A stretch of DNA of 64,000 bases from an uncultured bacterium (GCA_963749495.1 CAVVMW010000002.1:1-64000), one strand, 5' to 3'. Shown: positions 13,518-22,235, numbered from the stretch's first letter. Numbers and translations: made by a program. The notes: generated by a model from the letters alone, not told the origin.

Positions 13518-13750
13518 AGGCAGGAGCTGCACTGCGGGCAGACCCCTCACCCCAACCCTCTCCCCACCCGCTGCAACGGCGCGGCAGCGCGGCGAGTCGG
13601 ATGGGGAGAGGGCGGATTGTCCGTAGCGGCCCGAGCAACCTGAGACCCGTGGAAGTTCAAGCGACTGCCGAGGCCTCTCCCTCTCCCCGTCCGACGGGGA
13701 GAGGGTTGGGGTGAGGGGTCCGCCGGGGATTCTACGTCCGCCTTCACTGA
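13511..13750. mobile_element. MITE-like element, copy 1 of 3
   Basis: Terminal tcagtgaaggc / gccttcactga inverted repeat with internal cccctcaccccaaccctctccc / gggagagggttggggtgagggg arms. Confidence 0.65.
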
Positions 13751-13771
13751 CTGACCGGTTAGGCGAGCTTT

Positions 13772-13975
13772 CGGCAACTCCTTGATGCGGATGTTGCGGA
13801 AGCTCACGGTGCCGTGATCGCCCTGGAGGAGGATCGGCCCGGGTTCACCGATCTTATTGTCAATCTCGCCGCCGGTGGGCCGGGTACACTCGACGTTGTC
13901 GTGGATCTTGACCCCGTTGAGGACCACGGTGATGCGGTTGCCGATGATCGTGGCCTCGGCGGTCTGCCATTGGCC
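13772..13975 (-). repeat. Orphan duplicate of the 3' 204 bp of the DUF1080 gene at 19344-19967
   Basis: Matches 19347-19550 with 4 mismatches, all synonymous. Confidence 0.95.
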
Positions 13976-14147
13976 TGCGGACCCCTTTGCTTTGGTTGCA
14001 AACGGGTCGGTCCCGGAAAGCTGAATTCGCAAGGGTCATGTCGCTTCTAATTCAGCTTTCCGGGACCCCTTCACCTTCACCTTCAGGGCTCTGACACGGC
14101 TGCATTTCATTGTGGAATTCCCGGGAGCATTGGTCTATCTTCCCGGC

Positions 14148-14357
14148 ATGCCGCAGACACTTGAAAGACGTGTGCAAGAGCTAGAGCACAAGCTTGCCGA
14201 GCTGACTAATGCTGTCACCGCTCGGAAGCCGCGAAAAAAGGACTGGCAGAGGACATTCGGCCTTTCGCAGGGCGATAACGGTTTCAAGGAGATGGTGAAG
14301 CTGGGACGGCAGTACCGCCAAAGCCTCAGGGAGAAGGGCAACGGTGCTGGTTCTTGA
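14148..14357 (+). CDS. Putative antitoxin
   Basis: Small ORF overlapping the start of the downstream PIN toxin gene. Confidence 0.7.
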   Translation: MPQTLERRVQELEHKLAELTNAVTARKPRKKDWQRTFGLSQGDNGFKEMVKLGRQYRQSLREKGNGAGS

Positions 14358-14766
14358 TACAGATCACTTGGTCGAGTTCGATGAGGCCAGCGCTGCGGGG
14401 GCGCGGCTCAAAGAGCGCTTGGTGGCTGCGGACGAGGAGATCGCTGCCACAATCATTTCTGTTGAGGAACAGTTTCGCGGTTGGGTAGCGCAGATCCACA
14501 GATTGCACGCGGACCCACACGCCCAGATTCCCGCCTACGCCCGCCTGAAACGCCGCCTCGATTTCTACGCAGGCTGGAACGTTTTGCCATGGGATGCCAG
14601 TTCAGCTCGAGGCTTTGTCAACTTCCGCCGCCGAGGTTTGCGCGTCGGTTCGATGGATTTGAAAATCGCCTGCATTGCTCTCGCGCACGACGCCACTCTG
14701 TTGACTCGCAACGCAACCGACTTCGCCCAAGTGCCCGGTCTGCGAATCGAGAACTGGCTGGACTGA
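14344..14766 (+). CDS. VapC/PIN-domain toxin
   Basis: LVLDTD, GSMDLKIACIAL, LLTRNATDF, GLRIENW. Confidence 0.9.
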   Translation: MLVLDTDHLVEFDEASAAGARLKERLVAADEEIAATIISVEEQFRGWVAQIHRLHADPHAQIPAYARLKRRLDFYAGWNVLPWDASSARGFVNFRRRGLRVGSMDLKIACIALAHDATLLTRNATDFAQVPGLRIENWLD

Positions 14767-14941
14767 CCCATGCCGCTGCTCGATGGCGCATCATTGACGC
14801 AATACGCCAGCAGGCCCCCGAAGTCGGCGGGGTGCGGCCGGAGCAACAAGGAGATTGGCGCGAACCTTCACATCAGTCAATGAGATTGTCATATTAGCCC
14901 TTTGATCAGAATAGTACATTCTCATTGACTGACCCCTTTAC

Positions 14942-15283
14942 GGCCCCGCATGGGACCATTACCTCCTCGGCTCGTCATATTATCCCGAATGGTGGGAAGA
15001 ACAGGAGTGGGAGAAGGATTTTCGGCGGATGCAGGAGTTGGGTTTCAATACAGTCCGCATGGGGGAATTCGCCTGGGCGGCTTTTGAACCGGCAGAAGGC
15101 CGGTTCCAGTTCGGTTGGATGGACCGAGCGATTGGGCTGGCCAACGGCCACGGGATTCAGGTCATCCTGGGCACACCCACGGCATCAGTGCCTCCGTGGT
15201 TGCGGCAACGGCACCGGGATGTGCTGGACGGCAATGACCGGGGGCCTTTTACTTATGGCGGCCGCAAGGGGTACTGCAACTGA
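14942..15283 (+). pseudogene. N-terminal fragment of a GH42-type beta-galactosidase
   Basis: GSSYYPEWW, GFNTVRMGEFAW..FEP, LGTPTASVPPWL; ends at repeat R1. Confidence 0.88.
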
Positions 15284-15318
15284 ACTGATAAGAAATTGCT
15301 TTTTTGCCGCCCCTCCGG

Positions 15319-16575
15319 CTATTGACGCTGCGCGGGTGAGCCTACCTGGGGTGCGCTGATAGACAAATCTGGAGCCAGCGTCAACTGGACCTTAGTGATC
15401 GGCCCCAATGGAGGGGGCCATTCAGCCATTATCGGGGCGTTAGGATCCCGGTAGAGTTCCACATTGAAACGCAGCACGAGATCGTTGCCGGCAAACTGGA
15501 TCTCTCTCAACTCGATGCCTTGCGCGCTGGCAAGCTCCGAGGCATCCTTGCCGCTGAACAAATCGCTGATCTTAACCGATTTGTCAGGCTTCGCCCGGCA
15601 GGCCGCCAGATCAGCGTCGTAGCCCTTCAAGGCGGCCTGGAAGGCGGGGATCGTTTGGCCTTCGACCATCGGAATGCGCGCCGGCTGGGCCAAATAGATC
15701 AACAAGTTGCCCCCTTTGTAGTCGGTGGTCAGCCCAACCATTGTTCCGTTGAGCAAAGCCAGTTTGCAAAACTTGGGACCCACCCACAGGTCGCCAGAGC
15801 CCGGCAACAAGATGGCCTCACTCAGGAAACTGTCGCATTTCAGTGCCGCTACCAGCCCGGCCGGTGATGCCACTGAGACCTTCTCAGGGGCGAACCAGGG
15901 ACGCCAGCCACCAGGCCATTTCCAATCAGCCAACTTGCCGTCAAGTAAAAGCAGCACGGGCTCGCCGTTGATACGTCCCGCCAACAAATCCATCTGAGCC
16001 GAATACACCAACTCAAGCTTGTTGCCGGCAGGACACCCGCAGCCGAACGTGACGCGCCCAACTTCTGGCGCCACCGAGACGAGGTTGATTGACGGCACCA
16101 ATTCGGCGTGCCCATAGGGCATCAGAGCGCGCGGCCCGAATACGTGCATAAAGTCAAATGCGATCGTTCCGGCTACCTCGGCGCGATTCCAAGCCTGAGT
16201 GCGCGAGCCTTCCAGCCACGATGCCGCGAAGGCATCAAGTTGGTCAACCGTGACAGAACCGACGGAATGGCGCAGAGCCAACCGCGGGCCAATGGCGCTG
16301 CACGACCAGATTACGCGGTTGAGGGCAAAATAAGTGCCAGCCCGCGGCCCGATCCATGCGGCGTTATAGGCCGCCGAATAGATCAGGTCCACCGAGTGGC
16401 CGCTCACAGCCGACGTTCGCGTCTGGACGGTAAGAGGGCCCACGTCCGATGGAATACCGATTTGCGCCGGCTCCGACCACGTTGGCGCCGCATCCTGCGC
16501 GCGCGAATCTGCCACACCGCTCGCCACCACGGCACCGAGAATTCCGGCCAAGCATATGGAGTGTTTCAACGTCAT
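15319..16575 (-). CDS. Hypothetical secreted protein in array spacer 1; stop codon supplied by R1
   Basis: Long ORF with signal-peptide-like N-terminus and AGGTGG RBS; last residues SPAQRQ* are encoded by the repeat. Confidence 0.7.
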   Translation of the reverse strand: MTLKHSICLAGILGAVVASGVADSRAQDAAPTWSEPAQIGIPSDVGPLTVQTRTSAVSGHSVDLIYSAAYNAAWIGPRAGTYFALNRVIWSCSAIGPRLALRHSVGSVTVDQLDAFAASWLEGSRTQAWNRAEVAGTIAFDFMHVFGPRALMPYGHAELVPSINLVSVAPEVGRVTFGCGCPAGNKLELVYSAQMDLLAGRINGEPVLLLLDGKLADWKWPGGWRPWFAPEKVSVASPAGLVAALKCDSFLSEAILLPGSGDLWVGPKFCKLALLNGTMVGLTTDYKGGNLLIYLAQPARIPMVEGQTIPAFQAALKGYDADLAACRAKPDKSVKISDLFSGKDASELASAQGIELREIQFAGNDLVLRFNVELYRDPNAPIMAEWPPPLGPITKVQLTLAPDLSISAPQVGSPAQRQ

Positions 16576-16592
16576 GTTGTCCACCTATTACT

Positions 16593-16911
16593 TTAGTCCT
16601 GCCAAAACGCAAGATCCGAACCGTCCCGCGCAGTTGGCACCCGCACGTAAACGGGCCAATAACCGTTTGTTGGGCATGGCGGGTAAAAGCCCGTCGAAAA
16701 GCCGAATATGGCACTGTTTTCCATACTCGCTTCAGGAGCCTGGCTGGCATAGGCAACCCCGTACAAAGGATCGTACCACGCCGAGCCCCGGACTGCATCT
16801 GGTACAGGAGGATCTGGTGGTTGCCAAAAACCTTCTCGGACGGGGTGGCTGAGTTTTGGCCAGCCGATCCGGTCAGGCTCGCCAGGTCGCCGTAAGTGTT
16901 GTTTGGGTAAG
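16593..16911 (-). pseudogene. 3' fragment of an unknown gene at the start of spacer 1
   Basis: Protein-like reading YPNNTYGD...FGNHQILLYQ / AWYDPLYG...LAFWQD* needing one frameshift; no start codon. Confidence 0.45.
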
Positions 16912-16967
16912 ACTGATAAGAAATTGCTTTTTTGCCGCCCCTCCGGCTATTGACGCTGCGCGGGTGA

Positions 16968-17132
16968 GAATCAACTGGAGCGTTTTCGGTTTGATGTCCC
17001 GGTGCATTGGCACGCAAGGATGGAGGGGCCCTTTGGCATAATGGCAATGGGAAGCTGTTCGGCGAAGGAAGTCGAAACCCAGACGCTTCAGGGCGCGACA
17101 CACGTCTGGTCCTGAAAGATCGCGCCGCAGCT
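16968..17132 (-). pseudogene. HicA-like toxin fragment forming all of spacer 2
   Basis: LRRDLSGPDVCRALKRLGF...SHCHY...VPMHRDIKPKTLQLIL; lacks its own start and stop. Confidence 0.8.
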
Positions 17133-17243
17133 ACTGATAAGAAATTGCTTTTTTGCCGCCCCTCCGGCTATTGACGCTGCGCGGGTGATTAGGACCAGGC
17201 AAGGAGAAACCTGGCATTTCGGGCACTTTGCGCCAGTGGTTGG

Positions 17244-18131
17244 TCATTTTTGCCACCAGCTCTTATGTGGCTCCTCTTCGACTTTCATAAGCTGAGAATT
17301 CCAGGGGCGGCACCAAGGGCCTTCCAGGACCATTGACTCGTAAACGTAGCCAGTGGCGCAGAGAAAGTGCAGCCACGAGTGCCAGTCAGGATGATTGGGG
17401 ATGTAGTTGCCCAGTGTATATACGATAGTGTTGTTGTCCGACGTGTCCGGTTCACCCAATATGCCAAGCAGTTGCTCCTTGGAAAGCTTATATAATGGCG
17501 GGGGGCGATAGCCAACAATTCTTCGCGTGGAGGCGTCCACTTGGAATATCATAGAACGGGTTGGCAGAAGCGATAGAAGCTTAGCGCTCTCCTCAACCCT
17601 GTCCTGAGTCACTTTGATGCGGAACCTGCGGCCATACTCTTTAAGCACTACGTTAACGCATGGTTCATCGATCGCAAACGGTTGGAGGACATATGCAGCG
17701 GACCTCCACGTTGACTCATCCTTTTCTTCTCTAAGAATACGAATCAAGACCGGAAATGCCGGTTTGGCGGTTGGGCCCATCTTGCTCAGCATTTCGATGG
17801 CGCTGAGCCGAATACTCTTCGGGTTATCCGGCTTGGGTAGATGGCGTTGTAACCATCCCGGCAACCTGTCCCAGATGATATTGTAAGGAGGCCCAAATGC
17901 CGTTCGGGGTTTTTCCACGTAGTCTATTAAGAACGGAATCGCTCTGGCGTCGGGTGTTGGAAGATTCCATTCGAACTTGCCGTTCACCGAACGCCACGGT
18001 TCTTGCCTAACCCAGTAGCCTAACGGTTTTCCCTGATATACCGGCCCCCGGTGGCATATTCCAGGCCATATTGCCCACGCAGCGAACGCAATGACCGGCA
18101 CCGCAATTATGATGTAGGCCGGCTTCTGCAT
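17244..18131 (-). CDS. Hypothetical membrane-anchored protein with HEAT-like segment (spacer 3)
   Basis: N-terminal TM, PVYQGKPLGYW, LSKMGPTAKPAFPVLIRIL; visibly more AT-rich than the backbone. Confidence 0.7.
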   Translation of the reverse strand: MQKPAYIIIAVPVIAFAAWAIWPGICHRGPVYQGKPLGYWVRQEPWRSVNGKFEWNLPTPDARAIPFLIDYVEKPRTAFGPPYNIIWDRLPGWLQRHLPKPDNPKSIRLSAIEMLSKMGPTAKPAFPVLIRILREEKDESTWRSAAYVLQPFAIDEPCVNVVLKEYGRRFRIKVTQDRVEESAKLLSLLPTRSMIFQVDASTRRIVGYRPPPLYKLSKEQLLGILGEPDTSDNNTIVYTLGNYIPNHPDWHSWLHFLCATGYVYESMVLEGPWCRPWNSQLMKVEEEPHKSWWQK

Positions 18132-18792
18132 GGGGGGAGTATAAACCAGTCAGCGAGTATGGCAACTCCATAATCCCAGGCCCCAGAGCAAAAGGTCCAA
18201 TATCGTGGCCTGGTCACCGTTGAGCAGTGACGGGCTGGCATCCTTTACCCGCAGCCCATTAACGCCGTGGACCAGCTTCGTCAGGTCCAGCGCCGAGGGC
18301 ACGCAATTATTGCAGCCCCATCTACAGGCTGACGCTGCATCCTTGGCCCTGGCGTGAAAGGTGCTCCTGGGTCACAAGGCCGCTCGTTACCCGGAAGATT
18401 GCCGCTTGACTGCTGGGGACGAAGACTTAAGCTTGCGTCATGCGGACTGATAAGAAATTGCTTTTTTGCCGCCCCTCCGGCTATTGACGCTGCGCGGGTG
18501 AACTGATAAGAAATTGCTTTTTTGCCGCCCCTCCGGCTATTGACGCTGCGCGGGTGAGGGAGAATTGGTTTCTGGCCGCATTCAGCACGGGGGGATGATG
18601 CAGGAGCGGCACGCGCCCGTCAACGGGCAAATTGTGCCGGTTCCTGGGAGGTTTTGGCGGCGGCGGGGTCGGAAGCGGCAGCCAGGGCAGGAACCTGCCC
18701 AGAAATGGGCTTGGTTACCCCACGGCCTGGGCGTCGAGGGGGCGTCGCCGGGCAGAGCTTGCTCGGTCCCGAGGGCCTTAAGCCAGCGGCGC

Positions 18793-19085
18793 TCAATCTG
18801 TCAGCACGCTCTCGTAATCCGGGGTGGGGTCCACGTCGTCACAGGGTTCGTAGGTGTAAGGCCCTGCGGCGCCTGGCGAGGACAAGCCGGCAGGCGGGTC
18901 GTGCCAGGCGCCGAGGTGACGGAGAATCTTCTCCACCACCCGCGGGTCGTCAATCACGGCGATGACGCGCATCGGGTTTTGGCAGACGGGACAGCGGAGG
19001 GGATCAGCATGCCAGACGCGGAGGATCCGCCTTCGCTAAAGCTACGGCGGGACAGGTTAGGTCGCGCCACTTCTTGGAGGGGTGG
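18793..19085 (-). pseudogene. C-terminal remnant of an IS91-family (HUH/Y2) transposase
   Basis: Manual translation PSKKWRDL[31-bp insert]ILRVWHADPLRCPVCQNPMRVIAVIDDPRVVEKILRHLGAW...LTD*. Confidence 0.8.
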
Positions 19086-19343
19086 CTCAGACACCCCCCA
19101 AGCACTCTTGATGGCCCCGACAATCCTCAGACGGAGTACACCTGTTTTCCAGGGGATTCGGATAGGGGTGGTTTTAGGTTTACACAACCGCCGCCCCATT
19201 GATCTATGGGGGTGCCGGGTTGGAGTTCGCGCCCCCGCCCTGCGGGGCCGGTATGGTGGATTTGGCCGGCCGCTTGGCTGCGGCCAAGGCGCGACTGGTG
19301 TCCATGGCAGCCGGGAGCCCTGGGCGATTTTATTACCCCCTGC

Positions 19344-19967
19344 TTACGGCAACTCCTTGATGCGGATGTTGCGGAAGCTCACGGTGCCGTGGTCACCCTG
19401 GAGGAGGATCGGCCCGGGTTCACCGATCTTATTGTCAATCTCCCCGCCGGTCGGCCGGGTACACTCGACGTTGTCGTGGATCTTGACCCCGTTGAGGACC
19501 ACGGTGATGCGGTTGCCGATGATCGTGGCCTCGGCGGTCTGCCATTGGCCCGCCGGCCTGGTGACGAACTGGTCCGGGGCCCTGAAGCCGTAGATCGAGC
19601 CGTTGCAGGTGGGCGTGGCCTTGCCGGATTTATAGTCGCCCAGGATTTGAATCTCCTGCCGGCCGCGCAGGTAGAAGCCGCTGTTGGAGTTTTCCGGCGT
19701 CATGAACTCGTAGCGGACCGTGAAGTTCGCAAATGTCCGCTCGGTCAGCAGGTCGGTGCCGTGGGCGCCGCGTTCGACGGTGTTTTTCAAGATACCGCCC
19801 GGCTGGACACTCCAGGAGGGGTGGCCATTGGGGTTGGGCAATTTCCACCCGGTTAGGTCCGTGCCGTTGAAGAGCGGGCGGAAATCCTTTTCGTCGTCGG
19901 TGCCGGCCAGCAGGAGCGGGGCCGACGCCAGGAGGGCCAGTGAGAGCAGTGTGAGGGTCTTTTTCAT
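19344..19967 (-). CDS. DUF1080 secreted protein
   Basis: LFNGTDLTGW, NSGFYLRG, ILLQGDHGTVSFRNI. Confidence 0.92.
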   Translation of the reverse strand: MKKTLTLLSLALLASAPLLLAGTDDEKDFRPLFNGTDLTGWKLPNPNGHPSWSVQPGGILKNTVERGAHGTDLLTERTFANFTVRYEFMTPENSNSGFYLRGRQEIQILGDYKSGKATPTCNGSIYGFRAPDQFVTRPAGQWQTAEATIIGNRITVVLNGVKIHDNVECTRPTGGEIDNKIGEPGPILLQGDHGTVSFRNIRIKELP

Positions 19968-20055
19968 GGTAGTCAGTAGTCCTAAACTCAGTCTGCCCGC
20001 ATGATGCGCCGGCAGCCGGGAGTGTCAAACGGAAAACGGCTTCCACTGTGGGGCC

Positions 20056-20358
20056 TCGGTGAAGGCGGGAGCGTCACTGCCCCCGTCTCACCGCGTAGCG
20101 GTGCCCGATGGTAGCCGTGGACTTCCAGTCCACGGACCCATAGCCCAAGCTCAACCGCGTCGCGCAGCGACGCCTGAAAACCGCGGCGCTGTCAGGCGTC
20201 GCTACGCGACGCGTGACTATTCCCGCGCCCTGAACCGTGGACCGAGGTCCACGGCTACCTTCACTGCGTCGCTACGCGACGCTTCTCCCTCTCCCCATCC
20301 GACGGGGAGAGGGCCGGGGTGAGGGGTCCGCCGGGGACTCCGTCTTCGCCTTCACTGA
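20056..20358. mobile_element. MITE-like element, copy 2 of 3
   Basis: tcggtgaaggc / gccttcactga ends; internal ~190-bp gtcgctacgcgac module shared with 62020-62213. Confidence 0.7.
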
Positions 20359-20370
20359 CGGGTTACGGCG

Positions 20371-20962
20371 CTACCGCCCGCGCACCTCAATCCATGTCCG
20401 GGCCTGGGCGCCGGTGCGCGGCTCCGAGACGGCGATTTGGTGGCGGCCCTGGGCCAGGAGGGCGATCTGGCTGCCGCCTTGCCGGACCAGTTCCAGAGAG
20501 TCGCTCCGGCTCCGAAAATGCGTTGGTGCTCGGGCTGGAGGGCGCAAACCCGGTGAGGTCGAACGCCGGCGTGGCCAGGCTCCGGCTCAACACGGCCTGG
20601 ACAGGCCGCCCGTCGGCGGCCGTCAGGCCGGGCCGCAGAGAGAATTGGTAGCGCGTGTCCAGGGCCAGCGGTTCATCCGGCGTGAAAGTGCCGCTGCGCG
20701 CGCTCAGCCACGTGAACCTGCCCGCAATCGCCGGCACGATCACCAGCGGCGAATCGGTCGTGGGCTCGCCGATTTGCCCGGCCCGGGCCATGACCTGGTC
20801 AAACCGAAGCTCGAACGTCATCCCCGGCGCCGGCTCCGGCCCCCCCAGGACCAACTCAACCCCCCGGGACTCATCCCGGCCCCGCCCGCAACCGGCCAGC
20901 ACGACGGCTAACAACGCCGCGGCCAATACCTGGCCCGACCGCACCAATGCCAAGGGTTTCAT
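20371..20962 (-). pseudogene. Truncated lipoprotein (alpha-2-macroglobulin-like N-terminus) fused to an unrelated gene 3' end
   Basis: Lipobox LAGC, ELRFDQVM, GRFTWLSARSGTFTP Ig-like domain; coding character switches frame near 20500. Confidence 0.55.
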
Positions 20963-21084
20963 ACTCTCGCGTGTGAGAAAACCTTTACGCCGGAAAGCGA
21001 ATCCTGCAATCGAATTCAGGAAAAAGTTGTTCACCAAAAAAAAGGTGGATCTGGAGCCGGGATGATGGCAGAAGAAGCTGCAGC

Positions 21085-21972
21085 ATGAAGAAACAGAAGC
21101 AGCAGGTACTGCGGTTGGGATTGCCCAAGGGCAGTCTGCAGGACGCCACGATCGAGAAACTGGCCAAGGCCGGCTATCACGTCTCGATCAGCAGCCGGTC
21201 TTATATCCCGTACGTCGATGACGACGAACTCGAATTGCGGTTGATCCGGGCGCAGGAAATCAGCCGCTATGTCGAGCACGGCTTCCTGGATTGCGGCATT
21301 ACCGGCCACGATTGGATACAAGAGAACGGCTCGAAGGTCCACCAGGTGGGGGAGTTTCAGTTCAACAAGGCCACGCGCCAGACCGCCCGGTGGGTCCTGG
21401 CGGTGCCCGAAGATTCGCCCATCCGCTCGCCCAAAGACCTGGAGGGCAAACGCATCGCCACCGAATTGGTCCGGCAGACCAGGAAATATCTCCGCCGGCA
21501 CAAGGTCAAGGCCCAGGTCGAGTTCTCCTGGGGGGCAACCGAGATGAAGGCGCACGAACTGGTGGATGCCATCGTGGACATCACCGAAACCGGCTCCTCG
21601 CTCCGGGCCAACAAGCTGCGCATCGTGGATACCCTGCTCTGCTCGACGCCCCGGCTCATCGCCAATCACGACTCGTGGAAAGACCCGTGGAAACGCCAGA
21701 AGATCGAGCGGGTGGCCCTGCTCCTCAAAGGGGCCCTCGATGCCGAGACCAAGGTGGGCCTGAAGCTGAACATCGAGCGGAAGAACCTTGCCGAGTTGCT
21801 CAAGACCCTGCCCGCGTTGCGCAATCCGACGATTGCCCATCTGAGCCAGGAAGGCTGGGTGGCGGTCGAGACCATTATCGATGAGCACGTGGTGCGCGAG
21901 TTGATCCCGGCCTTGAAGGCGGCCGGGGCTGAGGGGATTATCGAGTATCCCCTGAACAAGGTCGTGTACTGA
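21085..21972 (+). CDS. hisG: ATP phosphoribosyltransferase (long form)
   Basis: [31 protein letters not shown]. Confidence 0.96.
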   Translation: MKKQKQQVLRLGLPKGSLQDATIEKLAKAGYHVSISSRSYIPYVDDDELELRLIRAQEISRYVEHGFLDCGITGHDWIQENGSKVHQVGEFQFNKATRQTARWVLAVPEDSPIRSPKDLEGKRIATELVRQTRKYLRRHKVKAQVEFSWGATEMKAHELVDAIVDITETGSSLRANKLRIVDTLLCSTPRLIANHDSWKDPWKRQKIERVALLLKGALDAETKVGLKLNIERKNLAELLKTLPALRNPTIAHLSQEGWVAVETIIDEHVVRELIPALKAAGAEGIIEYPLNKVVY

Positions 21973-22133
21973 CTGGCGAACGGGCTTGACGCGGGGCGGT
22001 TCATTGCGCAGGCTAGGCGATGCCGGAGTGCCCGAGCGGCTGCTTTGCGCGAGCCGGCAGTTGCAATAATCCAGAGTTGCAGCACACTGCTCTATGGCCG
22101 GGCACGTTCGGCAGCAGGCACAACAACCAAATT

Positions 22134-22235
22134 ATGGGTTCACTAAAGAAACGTCGAAAAGCGAAGATTAACAAGCACAAGCGGCGCAAGAAGTTGCGCG
22201 CCCATCGCCATAAGAAGCGCACGTGGCAGAAGTAA
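22134..22235 (+). CDS. Small basic protein, AURKAIP1/COX24-domain (bS22-like)
   Basis: MGSLKKRRKAKINKHKRRKKLRAHRHKK. Confidence 0.85.
   Translation: MGSLKKRRKAKINKHKRRKKLRAHRHKKRTWQK

Larger units (their letters stand above)
15284..18557 (-). repeat. Array of five identical 56-bp direct repeats: R1 15284-15339, R2 16912-16967, R3 17133-17188, R4 18446-18501, R5 18502-18557
   Basis: actgataagaaattgcttttttgccgcccctccggctattgacgctgcgcgggtga is read identically at all five positions. Confidence 0.97.

Noticed and set aside
15301..15320. Intrinsic terminator within the 56-bp repeat
   Set aside because: The T-run precedes the short hairpin on + and an A-run follows it on -, so neither strand has a hairpin followed by U.
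15284..18557. CRISPR array or integron cassette array
   Set aside because: Spacers are 0-1572 bp, there is no cas or intI gene in the window, and the repeats lack attC-type R''/R' palindromic structure.
13772..19550. Diversity-generating retroelement TR/VR pair (also considered for the nrdJ duplicate)
   Set aside because: Mismatches are mostly synonymous and not adenine-specific, and there is no DGR reverse transcriptase; the only RT-related sequence is a group II maturase tail.
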